Shown here in pieces: positions 9,471-19,140 of a DNA stretch of 64,000 bases (the first letter of the stretch is position 1; the number at the start of each line of letters is the position of its first letter). A program made the position numbers and the translations under genes. The DNA is from Pseudomonadota bacterium (GTDB lineage Bacteria > Desulfobacterota > Desulfobulbia > Desulfobulbales > SURF-16), in the NCBI GenBank assembly GCA_018822545.1, contig JAHJKA010000051.1, positions 12,570 to 76,569 of the forward strand, read 5' to 3'. The notes beneath the pieces are model-generated. The model saw nothing but the letters and a program-made list of their open reading frames with translations. It was not told where the DNA came from and searched no databases.

Positions 9471-10528
9471 CCGTTAAAGCCGGTTCCCGGCCAGTTCTTA
9501 TAATCCCACCGCAAACTGCCGTCAAACTGGCTGCCGTGGGCCCGATGACAAGAAAGACACATGACAATGGCATCATTGGCCTGACCATAGACCACGCTGT
9601 TGAGGGTGGTCGAGGTATCGGCGGTAGCCACCGGCGAAATTACGCTGTAGGGATTCCCCGCCCCCTGATAATCATTGTAATAATAATATTCCGAGGTGCT
9701 GAAGGTGGGGCCCTGCGAGCGGGCATTACTCATATCGTAATCGGTGGGATGGCGGATCCAGACATTATTGGTGAAGATGCCGGCGGAAATTTCACCAGTG
9801 CCATTATGGAAGTCATTATGGCAACGACCACAATGACTGCTGATGGTGCCAGCGCTGTCTGACTCTCCGGTGCGGTCGATACTATAATACTTGTTATGGG
9901 CCGCACTGGTGGGTTGAAACTCATAATCGCCATCTTCCAGACCCTTGACACCTTCGATGAAACGATAACTCTTAGCCACACTACTGCCGTCGTTCCAGGC
10001 CGACATATCATTTTTATGATGGCTGCCCAGCACGGACAGGGTTGGATCGACCTGGCCCTGGGAACCATGACAGCCATAGGTGCCGGCACAGGTAAGCTGA
10101 CTGAGCAATAATGCCCCCCCTGGAGGCTTATTGCCGTGTTCCAGGTCCTGACCTGCAAGATCCACAACGTTATGGCCGGCCCGATTATTGCCCGTGCTGA
10201 CCCAGTAGAAATTACCGCCGGCCAGGGTGTTGCCCTCGGTGCCGGTGGCCCCATAGGTGGGGCCGGCGGCATCAAAGACGTAGGGCACAGAACCGCTGCT
10301 GTTGCCCCCCTGGTGGCAGCCCACACAATCGGTGGTGAGCAGTCCCTTGTTGGCCACCGAGGTGTATGTCTTTACACCGCTGGCCATGGTAAAAGCCATA
10401 GGGCTACCGGCCTGACTGTTGTGCATGGTGTGGCAATTGACACAGGACCCGGAGACCTTGGCCCGGGCAGCCCAGGGCAACACGAGCAGGACGGCTAAGC
10501 ATATCCATATATATTTCTTAGAGTCCAT
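9440..10528 (-). CDS. OmcS-family hexaheme c-type cytochrome (paralogue 1)
   Basis: Blocks match my recollection of Geobacter OmcS: CVNCHTMHNS, AGGNFYWV, AGHNVV, CGRCHNDFHN...WIRHP, MCLSCHRAHGSQFD, C-terminal CAICHTAKD. Five CxxCH plus CAGTYGCH. Confidence 0.85.
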   Translation of the reverse strand: MDSKKYIWICLAVLLVLPWAARAKVSGSCVNCHTMHNSQAGSPMAFTMASGVKTYTSVANKGLLTTDCVGCHQGGNSSGSVPYVFDAAGPTYGATGTEGNTLAGGNFYWVSTGNNRAGHNVVDLAGQDLEHGNKPPGGALLLSQLTCAGTYGCHGSQGQVDPTLSVLGSHHKNDMSAWNDGSSVAKSYRFIEGVKGLEDGDYEFQPTSAAHNKYYSIDRTGESDSAGTISSHCGRCHNDFHNGTGEISAGIFTNNVWIRHPTDYDMSNARSQGPTFSTSEYYYYNDYQGAGNPYSVISPVATADTSTTLNSVVYGQANDAIVMCLSCHRAHGSQFDGSLRWDYKNWPGTGFNGCAICHTAKD

Positions 10529-10537
10529 ACTCCTCCT

Positions 10538-11443
10538 TTACCGCCCAAACACCTGAACCCGATTATTACCCTCATCGACAATGCACAGACGGCCCCAGGG
10601 ATCAAAAAGAATCTCCATGGGATAATAAAGGCTCTGCGGGCCATGGCCCTTATCAAGAAATCTGTATTTGAGCTTGGCCTTGCGATCCAGAACAATCACC
10701 TCGCCCTGATGCCGGTCGAGAATATAGACAAGACCACCGTTATCCAAGGCAAGGGCAACTGGAAACTTCACCAAGTCCGAGATATCTATCCGTTTCGTGA
10801 TTAAACCGTTGTCGCTATAGACATATAGGGTTTTTTCCTGTTGCCCCAAGGCCCATATCTGTTTGTCGACAATCTTGAAATCAACAATACCACCGCTGTT
10901 TTCCGGCAGAGGGAAGCGCTGCTCAATCTTAAAAGAATCCGACAGACGATATATCTGCCCGGTGGCCCTATCCAGAACATAGAGACTGCCCGCCGAGCTT
11001 TCAAGACGGTCGACCATGACTTGCCGCCCCTGATCCTGGACCACCACCCTCGTTGTTTCTTTGCTGGCAAAATCGATTTTGGTCAGGGAGTTTTTGCCCT
11101 TTTCAACAACAACCAGAACCGATTCATCCAGGCGAACCATGTCAAAAGGCTTAAGCAGGCCGCCCTCAGGGCTGAATGTTTTCTGGAAGGCGCCCTGGTC
11201 ATCAAAAGAGGCAAGCCGACCGCCGGCACTGTCCACCATATAATAGCGTTTCTTGTCACCATCCACATAGAGCGCTGTCGGCAAGGCGTCATGGAGGCTC
11301 TTGTCACTCAAAGTGAAGGCTAATTTCCAGGGGCTTGGAGCGTCCGTCGCCCGAACGTGACCGGGGATGGCCAGACAGAAAAGGAGAGCCACAACCCCGG
11401 CCACTGGCAGGGAACATCTTTTTACAATCCAGATGGTATCCAT
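10538..11443 (-). CDS. NHL-repeat beta-propeller protein
   Basis: Repeats ending ...PMEILFDPWGRLCIVDEGNNRVQVFGR. Signal peptide. ATG at 11443 with AGAGGA upstream (the ORF track's GTG is at 11458). Confidence 0.85.
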   Translation of the reverse strand: MDTIWIVKRCSLPVAGVVALLFCLAIPGHVRATDAPSPWKLAFTLSDKSLHDALPTALYVDGDKKRYYMVDSAGGRLASFDDQGAFQKTFSPEGGLLKPFDMVRLDESVLVVVEKGKNSLTKIDFASKETTRVVVQDQGRQVMVDRLESSAGSLYVLDRATGQIYRLSDSFKIEQRFPLPENSGGIVDFKIVDKQIWALGQQEKTLYVYSDNGLITKRIDISDLVKFPVALALDNGGLVYILDRHQGEVIVLDRKAKLKYRFLDKGHGPQSLYYPMEILFDPWGRLCIVDEGNNRVQVFGR

Positions 11444-11667
11444 TTTTTCCTCTAACACCTTTGACGGTAATATTTTTTAAGACCGGCACTCATTTCAGTA
11501 CCACCTCGGAGTCTAGCGCTTACCTGAGGGGTATAAGTGACTCGAAGGTCTCGCTTGCTCGCTATCTGGAGCTAACCAAAAGTAAGTAGTTCCCACAATG
11601 ATTCTCCAGTCTCTCGGAGTCTCGTCCCTCGCTTACCTTTTTTTCGCAAAGGTTAACGATTAAGTCA

Positions 11668-12831
11668 CTAATAGCTTCGGTGACATTGTACACACAGGGC
11701 CTTTTTACCGCTGAGCTTCAGATTATAGCGATACTCAGTGCCCATGGGATCATGACAGGAAAGGCAGGTCATGCCCTGGCCAGTGCGGTGATCAACGATG
11801 TCACTGCCCACCGGATGACTGAACTCACCTTGAGTCTTGTGGCAGCGTGAACAAACAGCATTGCCATCGGCATTGAGCATCACCAGCCTATCTGAGCCAT
11901 GGGCATCATGGCAGTCCGTACATTTCTCGGTCTTCGGATGGGGATGGAGGCTGCGTCGGTTCCGGTCAAAGGTGTCGGTATGGCACGACCGGCAGAGCTG
12001 CTCATAGGGGGCCTTGAGAAGACCCGCTATGTCAGAGGCATGGGGGCTATGACACTCCACGCAGGTGCCATCCCCGGCAAACATATGGGTATGGGGAGCC
12101 AGCATCTGCTCTCTGACCCCGGCATGACAGCTCAGACATAACTCGCTGCCCTTGGCCTCTTTGCCATGACACGAGGTACAACCCTTTTTAAAGGGGGCAT
12201 GACTATTTGCCCGGATCAGGCCCTTGCCTTTGCCGCCATGGGGATTATGGCAGGAGAGACATTTGCCCGCCTTGCCAGGGAAACCCTTATGACCGGCCAA
12301 GGCATCCGGCTGGCTATGACACCCCAGACACAGCTTGTCGCTATCCTCCTTAAGGAGCTGGTAGTTGTCAGCGTTATGGGGCTGGTGACAGGCCACACAG
12401 TTCCCCTCGGCAAAGGGCTTATGTTTCCGCGCAAACTCATTTTTAGCAAGGGACTCATGGCAACTAAAACAGCTGTCGGCAATTGGCCTGCTCAACAAAC
12501 CCTTCTGGGCTGAGGCATGGGGGCTATGACACGCCAGACACTTCCCCTCGCGAACCGGCAGGTGCTGCACCCCTTGACCAAAGGCCTTTTTAGCCTCCCC
12601 ATGACAAGAATAGCAGAGATCGCCACCCTGCTTCTGGAGCAAACCCTTGAATTTGGCGACATGGGGATTATGGCACTGGGTGCATTTACCCTGGGCCACA
12701 GGCTCATGAACAATCTTGCCGCTGAATTCCTTTTTGGGATGACAGCTGATGCATCCCTGCGCAGCCAAGGCAGAATTACAAAATAAGACCAGGACGCCTG
12801 CTGCAAGCAGTATCGCAAAACGAATCTTCAT
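11668..12831 (-). CDS. 16-heme c-type cytochrome (c7/c3-type tandem modules)
   Basis: 16 CxxCH motifs in 387 aa with a regular ...H.PV..G.C..CH.PH... periodicity. Signal peptide ending ALAAQG. The start overlaps the upstream stop (ATGA). Confidence 0.92.
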   Translation of the reverse strand: MKIRFAILLAAGVLVLFCNSALAAQGCISCHPKKEFSGKIVHEPVAQGKCTQCHNPHVAKFKGLLQKQGGDLCYSCHGEAKKAFGQGVQHLPVREGKCLACHSPHASAQKGLLSRPIADSCFSCHESLAKNEFARKHKPFAEGNCVACHQPHNADNYQLLKEDSDKLCLGCHSQPDALAGHKGFPGKAGKCLSCHNPHGGKGKGLIRANSHAPFKKGCTSCHGKEAKGSELCLSCHAGVREQMLAPHTHMFAGDGTCVECHSPHASDIAGLLKAPYEQLCRSCHTDTFDRNRRSLHPHPKTEKCTDCHDAHGSDRLVMLNADGNAVCSRCHKTQGEFSHPVGSDIVDHRTGQGMTCLSCHDPMGTEYRYNLKLSGKKALCVQCHRSY

Positions 12832-14780
12832 CAGTTTCCCTCCCCATGACAGGCCTTGCAGCCCCCCTTCTTAAACGGGGTATGGTGCACCGGATAGAGC
12901 AATCCCTTCTCAGGAGAGCCATGGGGATCATGGCAACTCAAACAGGATGTGCCTTTGGGTTCCATGCCTTGATGAACATTCCGAAAACGAGCGGCCTTGT
13001 TATCATGGCAGGAAAAGCAGAGCTTCGCAGCATCCATCTTCAGAAGGGCCTGAGAAGCCCCACCATGGGGGGCATGGCAAAGCCCACAATCCTGAAGGGC
13101 CGGGGCATGGGCCACCCCATCCTGCCAGTATTGCTGGATATCCTGATGGCAGGTCAGACAGAGTTCAGGTTTCTTTTTCATCAACAGTTTCGCTTCCCCG
13201 GAACCATGGGCGACATGACAAACACCGCAGTTCATGGCAGCCACCGGCGAGTGCACAAATGTACCCGCCTTAACCAGTTTGGCGACATTCTGATGACAGG
13301 AGAGGCAAATCTCCCCTTCAGGCTGGCGCAGAACAAAAGAATTATCGCTGGCATGGGGAACATGACAGGTCTGGCACTTACCCTCCACAAAGGGCGAGTG
13401 CCCATGCTCCTTTTTCTGCTCCGTGGCAGAATTTTTGTGACAGCTCAAACAGAGTTCACCGTTGTCAGTGGATGCTGTTAAGCGATTCTTCAAGGTACCC
13501 TGATGGGGGCTGTGGCACCGACTGCATTCACCGGCAGCAAAGGGCATATGCAGACTAAACTTACCAAGCTCTTCGCCCACCCCCTTATGACATTTGATGC
13601 ACACATCGCCGTCCCGTTTGACGAGAAGGCTTTTTTCCTGGGAGGTATGAGGCAGATGGCAGGTCAGGCACTCTCCTTTGGCGGCCGGAGCATGGCCAAA
13701 GGCGCCCTGGCCATATTTGCCCGGCTCATGGCATTTCCCGCAGAGCGCGACAGGTTCCGCAATGAGTCCCTTATTGGTTGTCTTACCGTGTCCGGCATGG
13801 CAATCAAGACAGGTTCCTTTTTTATAGGGTTCATGACGGCTGCGCATTTTTGCTCCATGCTCATCCGTATGGCACTCTAAACAGAGTCGGTCTGGACTGG
13901 TAACCAGGAGATATGTATCCTCACTGGCATGGGCATCATGACACTTGCTGCAATTGCCCTCCATCACCGGCTTATGAACACCAGCAGCCTTATCATAGAC
14001 GGGCTGATGGCAGGAGACACAAAGGGCATCTGGTTTGGCGGGCGGCAGCAAGGCTCCGCCCTCACCGGCAGCATGGCAGGAGGTACATTTACCACTTGCC
14101 ATGGGTCCATGAACATCGGCCTTCAACAACCCAGGCCCGTCAGAACTATGGGGATTATGGCAACTGACACAGGTGCTGCCGACAACATGACCAAAATGGG
14201 CCTTATTTAAGGCTTCAGCCTTTGCGTCATGACAACTGAGACAAAGGGCATCGGCCTCCTGAACCAGCAGCTTCGGTTGCCCGGCGCTATGGGGATTATG
14301 ACAGAAGGTACAGCCATCTTGCAGAGGAGGATGGACGTTTTTCCGCTCGAAATTTTGTCTGGCGTGGCACTCATAGCACGATTCATTCACTGTTTTTTGC
14401 AACAAATGCTCCTGGGGCGCATTATGGCTGGCGTGACATTTCCCGCACTGGCCCTTCTGCACGGGCTGATGAACAGAGACATCACCCACCGCAGATGCCA
14501 ATTGCTGGTGGCAGCGGAAGCAAAGGCCGGGAGATTCCTGACGCAGAAAAATACCACCTATAATTCCATGGGGGAGATGGCAAGCACTGCAGGCATTATC
14601 AGCCACAGGCTTGTGAACATTCCCTTGCTTAAAAGCAGCTGCCATATCGGCATGGCAATCCTGACATCCCTTGCGCGCAGCCTGCCGGGGGTGCTCCTTA
14701 ACACAGGCACCCAGACCACAGATCAGGACAAACAGGACAATAAACTTACTTGTTTTCCTTAGATTCATTTTGTTGCTCAA
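12831..14780 (-). CDS. 26-heme c-type cytochrome, probable lipoprotein
   Basis: 26 CxxCH motifs in 649 aa. N-terminus FVLICGLGAC is lipobox-like. Same modular repeat as the following 16-heme gene. Confidence 0.92.
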   Translation of the reverse strand: MSNKMNLRKTSKFIVLFVLICGLGACVKEHPRQAARKGCQDCHADMAAAFKQGNVHKPVADNACSACHLPHGIIGGIFLRQESPGLCFRCHQQLASAVGDVSVHQPVQKGQCGKCHASHNAPQEHLLQKTVNESCYECHARQNFERKNVHPPLQDGCTFCHNPHSAGQPKLLVQEADALCLSCHDAKAEALNKAHFGHVVGSTCVSCHNPHSSDGPGLLKADVHGPMASGKCTSCHAAGEGGALLPPAKPDALCVSCHQPVYDKAAGVHKPVMEGNCSKCHDAHASEDTYLLVTSPDRLCLECHTDEHGAKMRSRHEPYKKGTCLDCHAGHGKTTNKGLIAEPVALCGKCHEPGKYGQGAFGHAPAAKGECLTCHLPHTSQEKSLLVKRDGDVCIKCHKGVGEELGKFSLHMPFAAGECSRCHSPHQGTLKNRLTASTDNGELCLSCHKNSATEQKKEHGHSPFVEGKCQTCHVPHASDNSFVLRQPEGEICLSCHQNVAKLVKAGTFVHSPVAAMNCGVCHVAHGSGEAKLLMKKKPELCLTCHQDIQQYWQDGVAHAPALQDCGLCHAPHGGASQALLKMDAAKLCFSCHDNKAARFRNVHQGMEPKGTSCLSCHDPHGSPEKGLLYPVHHTPFKKGGCKACHGEGN

Positions 14781-16380
14781 GCTCCTTGCGTAGCTTACTC
14801 CAGGTCTTGTTGTTTACTTTTATGGCGGATTTCTTCTTAAGCTGATCAAGAAATTCCTTGCGGCTTGCTGCAAACTTTTCATCACTGAGTTTCTTGTCGA
14901 TCTCTTCTTTTACCTGCAAAAACGGCACAGGCATAGCAGGTCTCCGATTGACGACCTTGGCCATGGCAAAATTATGATCCATGGCAAACGGCATACTCAC
15001 CTCGCCCTTATTAAGGGCAAGCAAAGGCCCTTTCAGAGCGGCATCAAGATGACTGACAGGCACCTGTATGACAGGCAGACCGCCAGGAAAATGCTTGGCG
15101 GCAACCTCTAAGAAATCTTCGCCCTGGGTAACGTCCTGGCGCATCCGGTTAATCAATTCTTCTTCCCCTTCGGCAAGAACGTAACTTATCATTTCAGGAT
15201 GGGAGAACTTCTCTTGATTCTCTTCATAATAGGCCTTGGCCTCTGCCTCGTCCAGCTTTGCTTTGGGTTGAATAAAACGTTTCTCAATTTCCTTGGTGAG
15301 CCGATGCTTGCGGTAAAACTGATACACCGCCGCAAAGGGCTCCTTTTCTTCATAATGCCTGTTGATGGCATCCCAGGAAATCAGTGTCTGGGCCAACATA
15401 CTTCCCACCACCCTTTCTTTCAGGCTTTGCGTGTCTTCGGGACTGAAATTATACTGTTTCCTGAACTGACGCTCTTTTGCCATCATGGCCTGCAAAGCGC
15501 CAGCGCTAATATCCCCCTGAGTCGTTGTGACCACAGGCTTCTCCGAGCTTTCAAGATCAAGGGAAGTCTCGCCAATGGTGGCCAAAAATTCTTCATCAAC
15601 GTTGACCTTATATTTTTTCTTCAAATCCTGAACAAGCTTAAAAGTAAGGTCAGCACTGAGCTGGTCCCTGACCTTTGACTGGATGGTTGCCATAACATGA
15701 GCAAAATCTTCTTCTTCCGGGCCTTTTTCATCCACTAAATAAAGGATCATGAAATGCTTGCCCATGGCCTGCGGGGCTGTAACATACCCAGGTTTCTGGC
15801 CATTTAATGATGCAAGCCACTCTTCTTTAATCTGTGGCACGCGCAGCCATTTCGCTTCAGAAAAGAGGGGACCACCATCCGTGACCGTTAATGCCCTCAG
15901 GTCATCCCCGGAGATTGTACCAGCCGCAAGCTCCTTGCCCTTTGCAGCAGCCTGCGTTTCAGTTTCAAAGAAAAAAACCTCGATATTCCAACGAGGACAA
16001 TATTCCTTTTCGTAGACGGCCCACATCTCTGCCCTGGTCGGCGTGGCCTTTGCATCCACTTCCTCGTTTTTAAGTATCATCAGAGAGCGAACCTTCAGAA
16101 AGGTATCCACCTTACGCTGATAGTCCGGTTCACTGTCGAGCTGCATGCGGGTGCCCTCCTGGGCCATGAGCTGCCAGTTGATAAACTCATCAGGAGACTC
16201 AGGGAGCGACATATTTTCTTCCTGCCAGTTCCGCCACCAGTCGCGGTAGTCCTGGGCTGAAAATGTCTCGCCACCAATAGTCACCAGCGAGGCATCATCC
16301 CAAAACCAGGCCCGGGCATCATGACTGATCCCGCCAACAAAAAACAGTGTCCAAAGGACCAACCATGTCAGTTTATGCAT
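14746..16380 (-). CDS. SurA/PpiD-like periplasmic chaperone with a parvulin-type PPIase domain
   Basis: Signal or anchor MHKLTWLVLWTLFFVGG. The C-terminal part ...GEDFLEVAAKHF...LNKGEVSMPFAMDHNFAMAKVVNRR follows the parvulin pattern. ATG at 16380 overlaps the upstream stop. Confidence 0.8.
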   Translation of the reverse strand: MHKLTWLVLWTLFFVGGISHDARAWFWDDASLVTIGGETFSAQDYRDWWRNWQEENMSLPESPDEFINWQLMAQEGTRMQLDSEPDYQRKVDTFLKVRSLMILKNEEVDAKATPTRAEMWAVYEKEYCPRWNIEVFFFETETQAAAKGKELAAGTISGDDLRALTVTDGGPLFSEAKWLRVPQIKEEWLASLNGQKPGYVTAPQAMGKHFMILYLVDEKGPEEEDFAHVMATIQSKVRDQLSADLTFKLVQDLKKKYKVNVDEEFLATIGETSLDLESSEKPVVTTTQGDISAGALQAMMAKERQFRKQYNFSPEDTQSLKERVVGSMLAQTLISWDAINRHYEEKEPFAAVYQFYRKHRLTKEIEKRFIQPKAKLDEAEAKAYYEENQEKFSHPEMISYVLAEGEEELINRMRQDVTQGEDFLEVAAKHFPGGLPVIQVPVSHLDAALKGPLLALNKGEVSMPFAMDHNFAMAKVVNRRPAMPVPFLQVKEEIDKKLSDEKFAASRKEFLDQLKKKSAIKVNNKTWSKLRKELEQQNESKENK

Positions 16381-16970
16381 GCCAACAGCTCTTCTTCTTC
16401 CCATAACCCCAGAATTTCCTTCATCATCTTTTTGCCCAGCTCGCTTACCGTATTGCTCAGGCCAAAATGCATTAATTTTCGATAATCCGTACCCTGTTTC
16501 CCGTGATAGGTAGACCACAACAAGGTTCCATCCTTACCATTATAGACCTGGAGCTGGATTTTAAGGCGGGGATTAACTCGATCACCTTCCACCTGCTCCT
16601 CCATCTCCAAAATCTCGCCGCCAACCAGAAGATCAACCCCCAGGCGAGAAGCGATAATCTGCATCTGTTCCGGGTTGGGCTGGATCCAGGGTCTGAGCCG
16701 CAATTCCCGATAAATCCTCCGGATATCACCCTCCAGTGCCAGACGCCAAGGACGCTGAATGACCAGCTCGGCCATAATCACCCTGTACAATATCTTGTCG
16801 CCCTGACTGTATGCACTTCTGTTTATAAGGGGCAAAACCCCGACGCTACAGGCCTGGACAGGATACCTACTTGCAAACTGCTGAAGATGGGGGCGTTTCC
16901 CGGCGCAACCGCTCAGAGTAAAAAGGCAGCTAAGTGCCATGATCGTATAGATCAAAAATCTTCTACCCAT
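16368..16970 (-). CDS. Lipoprotein with an LpoB/FlgO/CsgG-like (TolB-N-like) domain
   Basis: Lipobox LFTLSGC. Motifs VGVLPLINRS... and LGVDLLVGGEI... are shared with the two neighbouring genes. Confidence 0.7.
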   Translation of the reverse strand: MGRRFLIYTIMALSCLFTLSGCAGKRPHLQQFASRYPVQACSVGVLPLINRSAYSQGDKILYRVIMAELVIQRPWRLALEGDIRRIYRELRLRPWIQPNPEQMQIIASRLGVDLLVGGEILEMEEQVEGDRVNPRLKIQLQVYNGKDGTLLWSTYHGKQGTDYRKLMHFGLSNTVSELGKKMMKEILGLWEEEELLACIN

Positions 16971-18469
16971 ATCTCCCTCAACGCCATCTTATTCACCTCT
17001 TTATCAGCAAAAAAATCGGATTCTCCTTCTGTTTTTTTCTCCTCCACAGGAACCAGGGCTGCCACATTGCGGCGCAGCCGGTTGCCCAGCATATCCTGAG
17101 CATAAAGGCGGTAACTCATGTTCTGGCCGGCAACAGCGGCAAGGGGCATCATAAGACTGCCGGTTGACTCGGTTCCACTGCTTTCCGAAATAATATCACC
17201 GTTCTGGTTCTGAATCTCAAGACGCCAATAGGCAAGGGGTATTTCACCATCATATTCCAGGTTCAGGGCCAGGCTGTTTTCCTGCTCTTTCATGGCCACT
17301 ACTATTTTGGGCTCCCGGCGTATCACCCGGATTGCTTCTTCAGCAAAAGCCTTGTTACCTGCCCTGTCCCAGACCGTAAGATTAATGGTATAAAAGCCAT
17401 CCCCCACCAGAGCACCATTTTTTGCTTGCCCCCACCATGAAAACCGATCTGGCAAACTGTCCCAGCCCTCATCATTCATGATTTCGACACCATCTTTATC
17501 GCGTACTGTCATCAACCAACGACTGATGGGTTCTGGATTTTTCATAAGGGGCACAATGGCCACATTTTTCTGGAGCACGACAATGCCATTAAGCTCCTGA
17601 CCTTTGAGCTGCAGAGTCAAGGCCGGTATCTGGTTATCAACAAGATAACTACCAATAAGCACCTCCTGGTTTGCAACACCAGGGCGAGAAATAGCTGCCA
17701 TTACAGGATAGCGCTCATTTTTGAGCGCAGCCGGCCACGATGCCACAAAACTGTTTTCATCTTCGTGATAGCTGGCCTCAATAATACGCTCATCAACATA
17801 CAAAGAGACTGAAGTATAAAAAAGGCTGGCCGGTAAGACTCCCAACTTGATGCGACAAAGAACCATATCACCAGGCTTTAAGATTTCAGGCCCCATTTCA
17901 ACCGACTCAATAGTCTCACGAATATCCAGGGGCCGACCATGTTGGAAATCAGCAGGAATGGTCAACAGCGCCCTGCGCACCACCATTTCCTCCATCTCAT
18001 CCATGTCCTGGGGCTGTGATAACCCCAACAGACCAATTTCATCGGCACCGGACAACTCAGTACTTTGCGCCCAGATTATCTGCGCGTCTCCGGTCCTGAT
18101 TAATTGCAAGGTGAGACCAAGGGCAAAGGGTTTCTTGACCCGCCGTTGATTCACTGAACCAAGAAGAAGATATTCAACACCAAGGTCATCATGAAGACGG
18201 CGGACATATTGACTGCCAAGATATCCAAGCCAGCGTACCCTATTTTTCACCATAAAGGTGATGACCTCATTTTGATCGGCCATGGCAAAACCCTTTGCCG
18301 CCATACCATCACTAAGCCGCTGGGTAATGGCAAGGTTCAAACCATTCCCCCCACGGCTCAAATCCTCCATGGGCATAACGGCAACCTTAACGCCCTGACT
18401 GAACCCGACATGGGGGTGCAGCGTGGTCAGCATCAAAAGCAGCAGTATGAAGGTTTTACGATAACGCAT
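16952..18469 (-). CDS. Secreted protein: N-terminal LpoB/CsgG-like domain plus C-terminal Ig-like (FlgD-Ig-type) domains
   Basis: Signal peptide. VAVMPMEDLS... and LGVEYLLLGSV... at the N-terminus. The C-terminal beta-rich segments GDGFYTINLTVWDRAGNKA and YRLYAQDMLGN are typical of Ig-like sandwich domains. Confidence 0.7.
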   Translation of the reverse strand: MRYRKTFILLLLMLTTLHPHVGFSQGVKVAVMPMEDLSRGGNGLNLAITQRLSDGMAAKGFAMADQNEVITFMVKNRVRWLGYLGSQYVRRLHDDLGVEYLLLGSVNQRRVKKPFALGLTLQLIRTGDAQIIWAQSTELSGADEIGLLGLSQPQDMDEMEEMVVRRALLTIPADFQHGRPLDIRETIESVEMGPEILKPGDMVLCRIKLGVLPASLFYTSVSLYVDERIIEASYHEDENSFVASWPAALKNERYPVMAAISRPGVANQEVLIGSYLVDNQIPALTLQLKGQELNGIVVLQKNVAIVPLMKNPEPISRWLMTVRDKDGVEIMNDEGWDSLPDRFSWWGQAKNGALVGDGFYTINLTVWDRAGNKAFAEEAIRVIRREPKIVVAMKEQENSLALNLEYDGEIPLAYWRLEIQNQNGDIISESSGTESTGSLMMPLAAVAGQNMSYRLYAQDMLGNRLRRNVAALVPVEEKKTEGESDFFADKEVNKMALREIWVEDF

Positions 18470-18485
18470 CGCCCTTATGGCAACC

Positions 18486-19055
18486 TCAATGGGGTATGGT
18501 GCTCAGTATTTTATCAACAAGGGCCAGCGTGAGCTCAAACGGCCCCACCGAGGCCAGGCCAAAGAGCCGGCGCCAGGCTGAATCGCCACTTTCATGACCG
18601 CTGGCCTGCCAGATCACCAGGCCGCTCTCCACCTCCAGCAGACGCATGGTTACTGATAATTCAGGATACACCACCGCCCCTTTCCGACCCTCGTCGGCAA
18701 GATCAATGGTGCCAAGCATGACAGCCTGGATATTAAGGCGCTGGCCTATGCGCCGCAGAGCCTGACGATCCAGGGGTTTGCCGGGATCAATGGCCTCCTC
18801 GTGGAGAAGACTATCCACCACCCCCTTGTCAATCACGTCAAAAAGCCCCCGGCCAAGAACCTGAGTCATGACGAGATTGCGAACCCGTTCCGGGGCATAT
18901 TCATCCTTGCTGTTATTTTCCAAGGGGAGAACAGCTATGCTTCTGACAAAACCAATATCAATATTTTCCCTGCTGAAACTTTCAAGCCCCCCCCTCATCG
19001 CACAACCAGATGCGCTTAAAGAGAGCAGCAGCAAGACTACAAATATTCTTTTCAT
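18486..19055 (-). CDS. Lipoprotein with an LpoB/FlgO/CsgG-like domain
   Basis: MKRIFVVLLLLSLSASGC lipobox, IAVLPLENNS..., LNIQAVMLGTI... The ORF track's upstream extension to 19286 translates a DNA repeat (RKARKPKRKARKPK) and is not credible. Confidence 0.75.
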   Translation of the reverse strand: MKRIFVVLLLLSLSASGCAMRGGLESFSRENIDIGFVRSIAVLPLENNSKDEYAPERVRNLVMTQVLGRGLFDVIDKGVVDSLLHEEAIDPGKPLDRQALRRIGQRLNIQAVMLGTIDLADEGRKGAVVYPELSVTMRLLEVESGLVIWQASGHESGDSAWRRLFGLASVGPFELTLALVDKILSTIPH

Positions 19056-19140
19056 AATTATATATGCCTCATCATTATATAGTACACCCTCATGAAACCG
19101 GAGGAGGGGTAAACTCTGCAGCCCCGTAAACCGATTTTTT

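Noticed and set aside
8505-10498. Plus-strand ORFs antisense to the octaheme and OmcS-like genes (for example 8505-9350, 281 aa)
   Set aside because: There are no motifs and the composition is Gly/Arg-rich, typical of the antisense of GC-rich coding sequence. The opposite strand encodes well-supported cytochromes.
12846-14762. Long plus-strand ORFs (12846-13481, 13503-13880, 14229-14762 and others) antisense to the 26-heme gene
   Set aside because: They are mirror-frame artefacts of the repetitive CxxCH coding sequence (M/G/H-rich, no start context). The minus-strand frame carries 26 perfect heme motifs.
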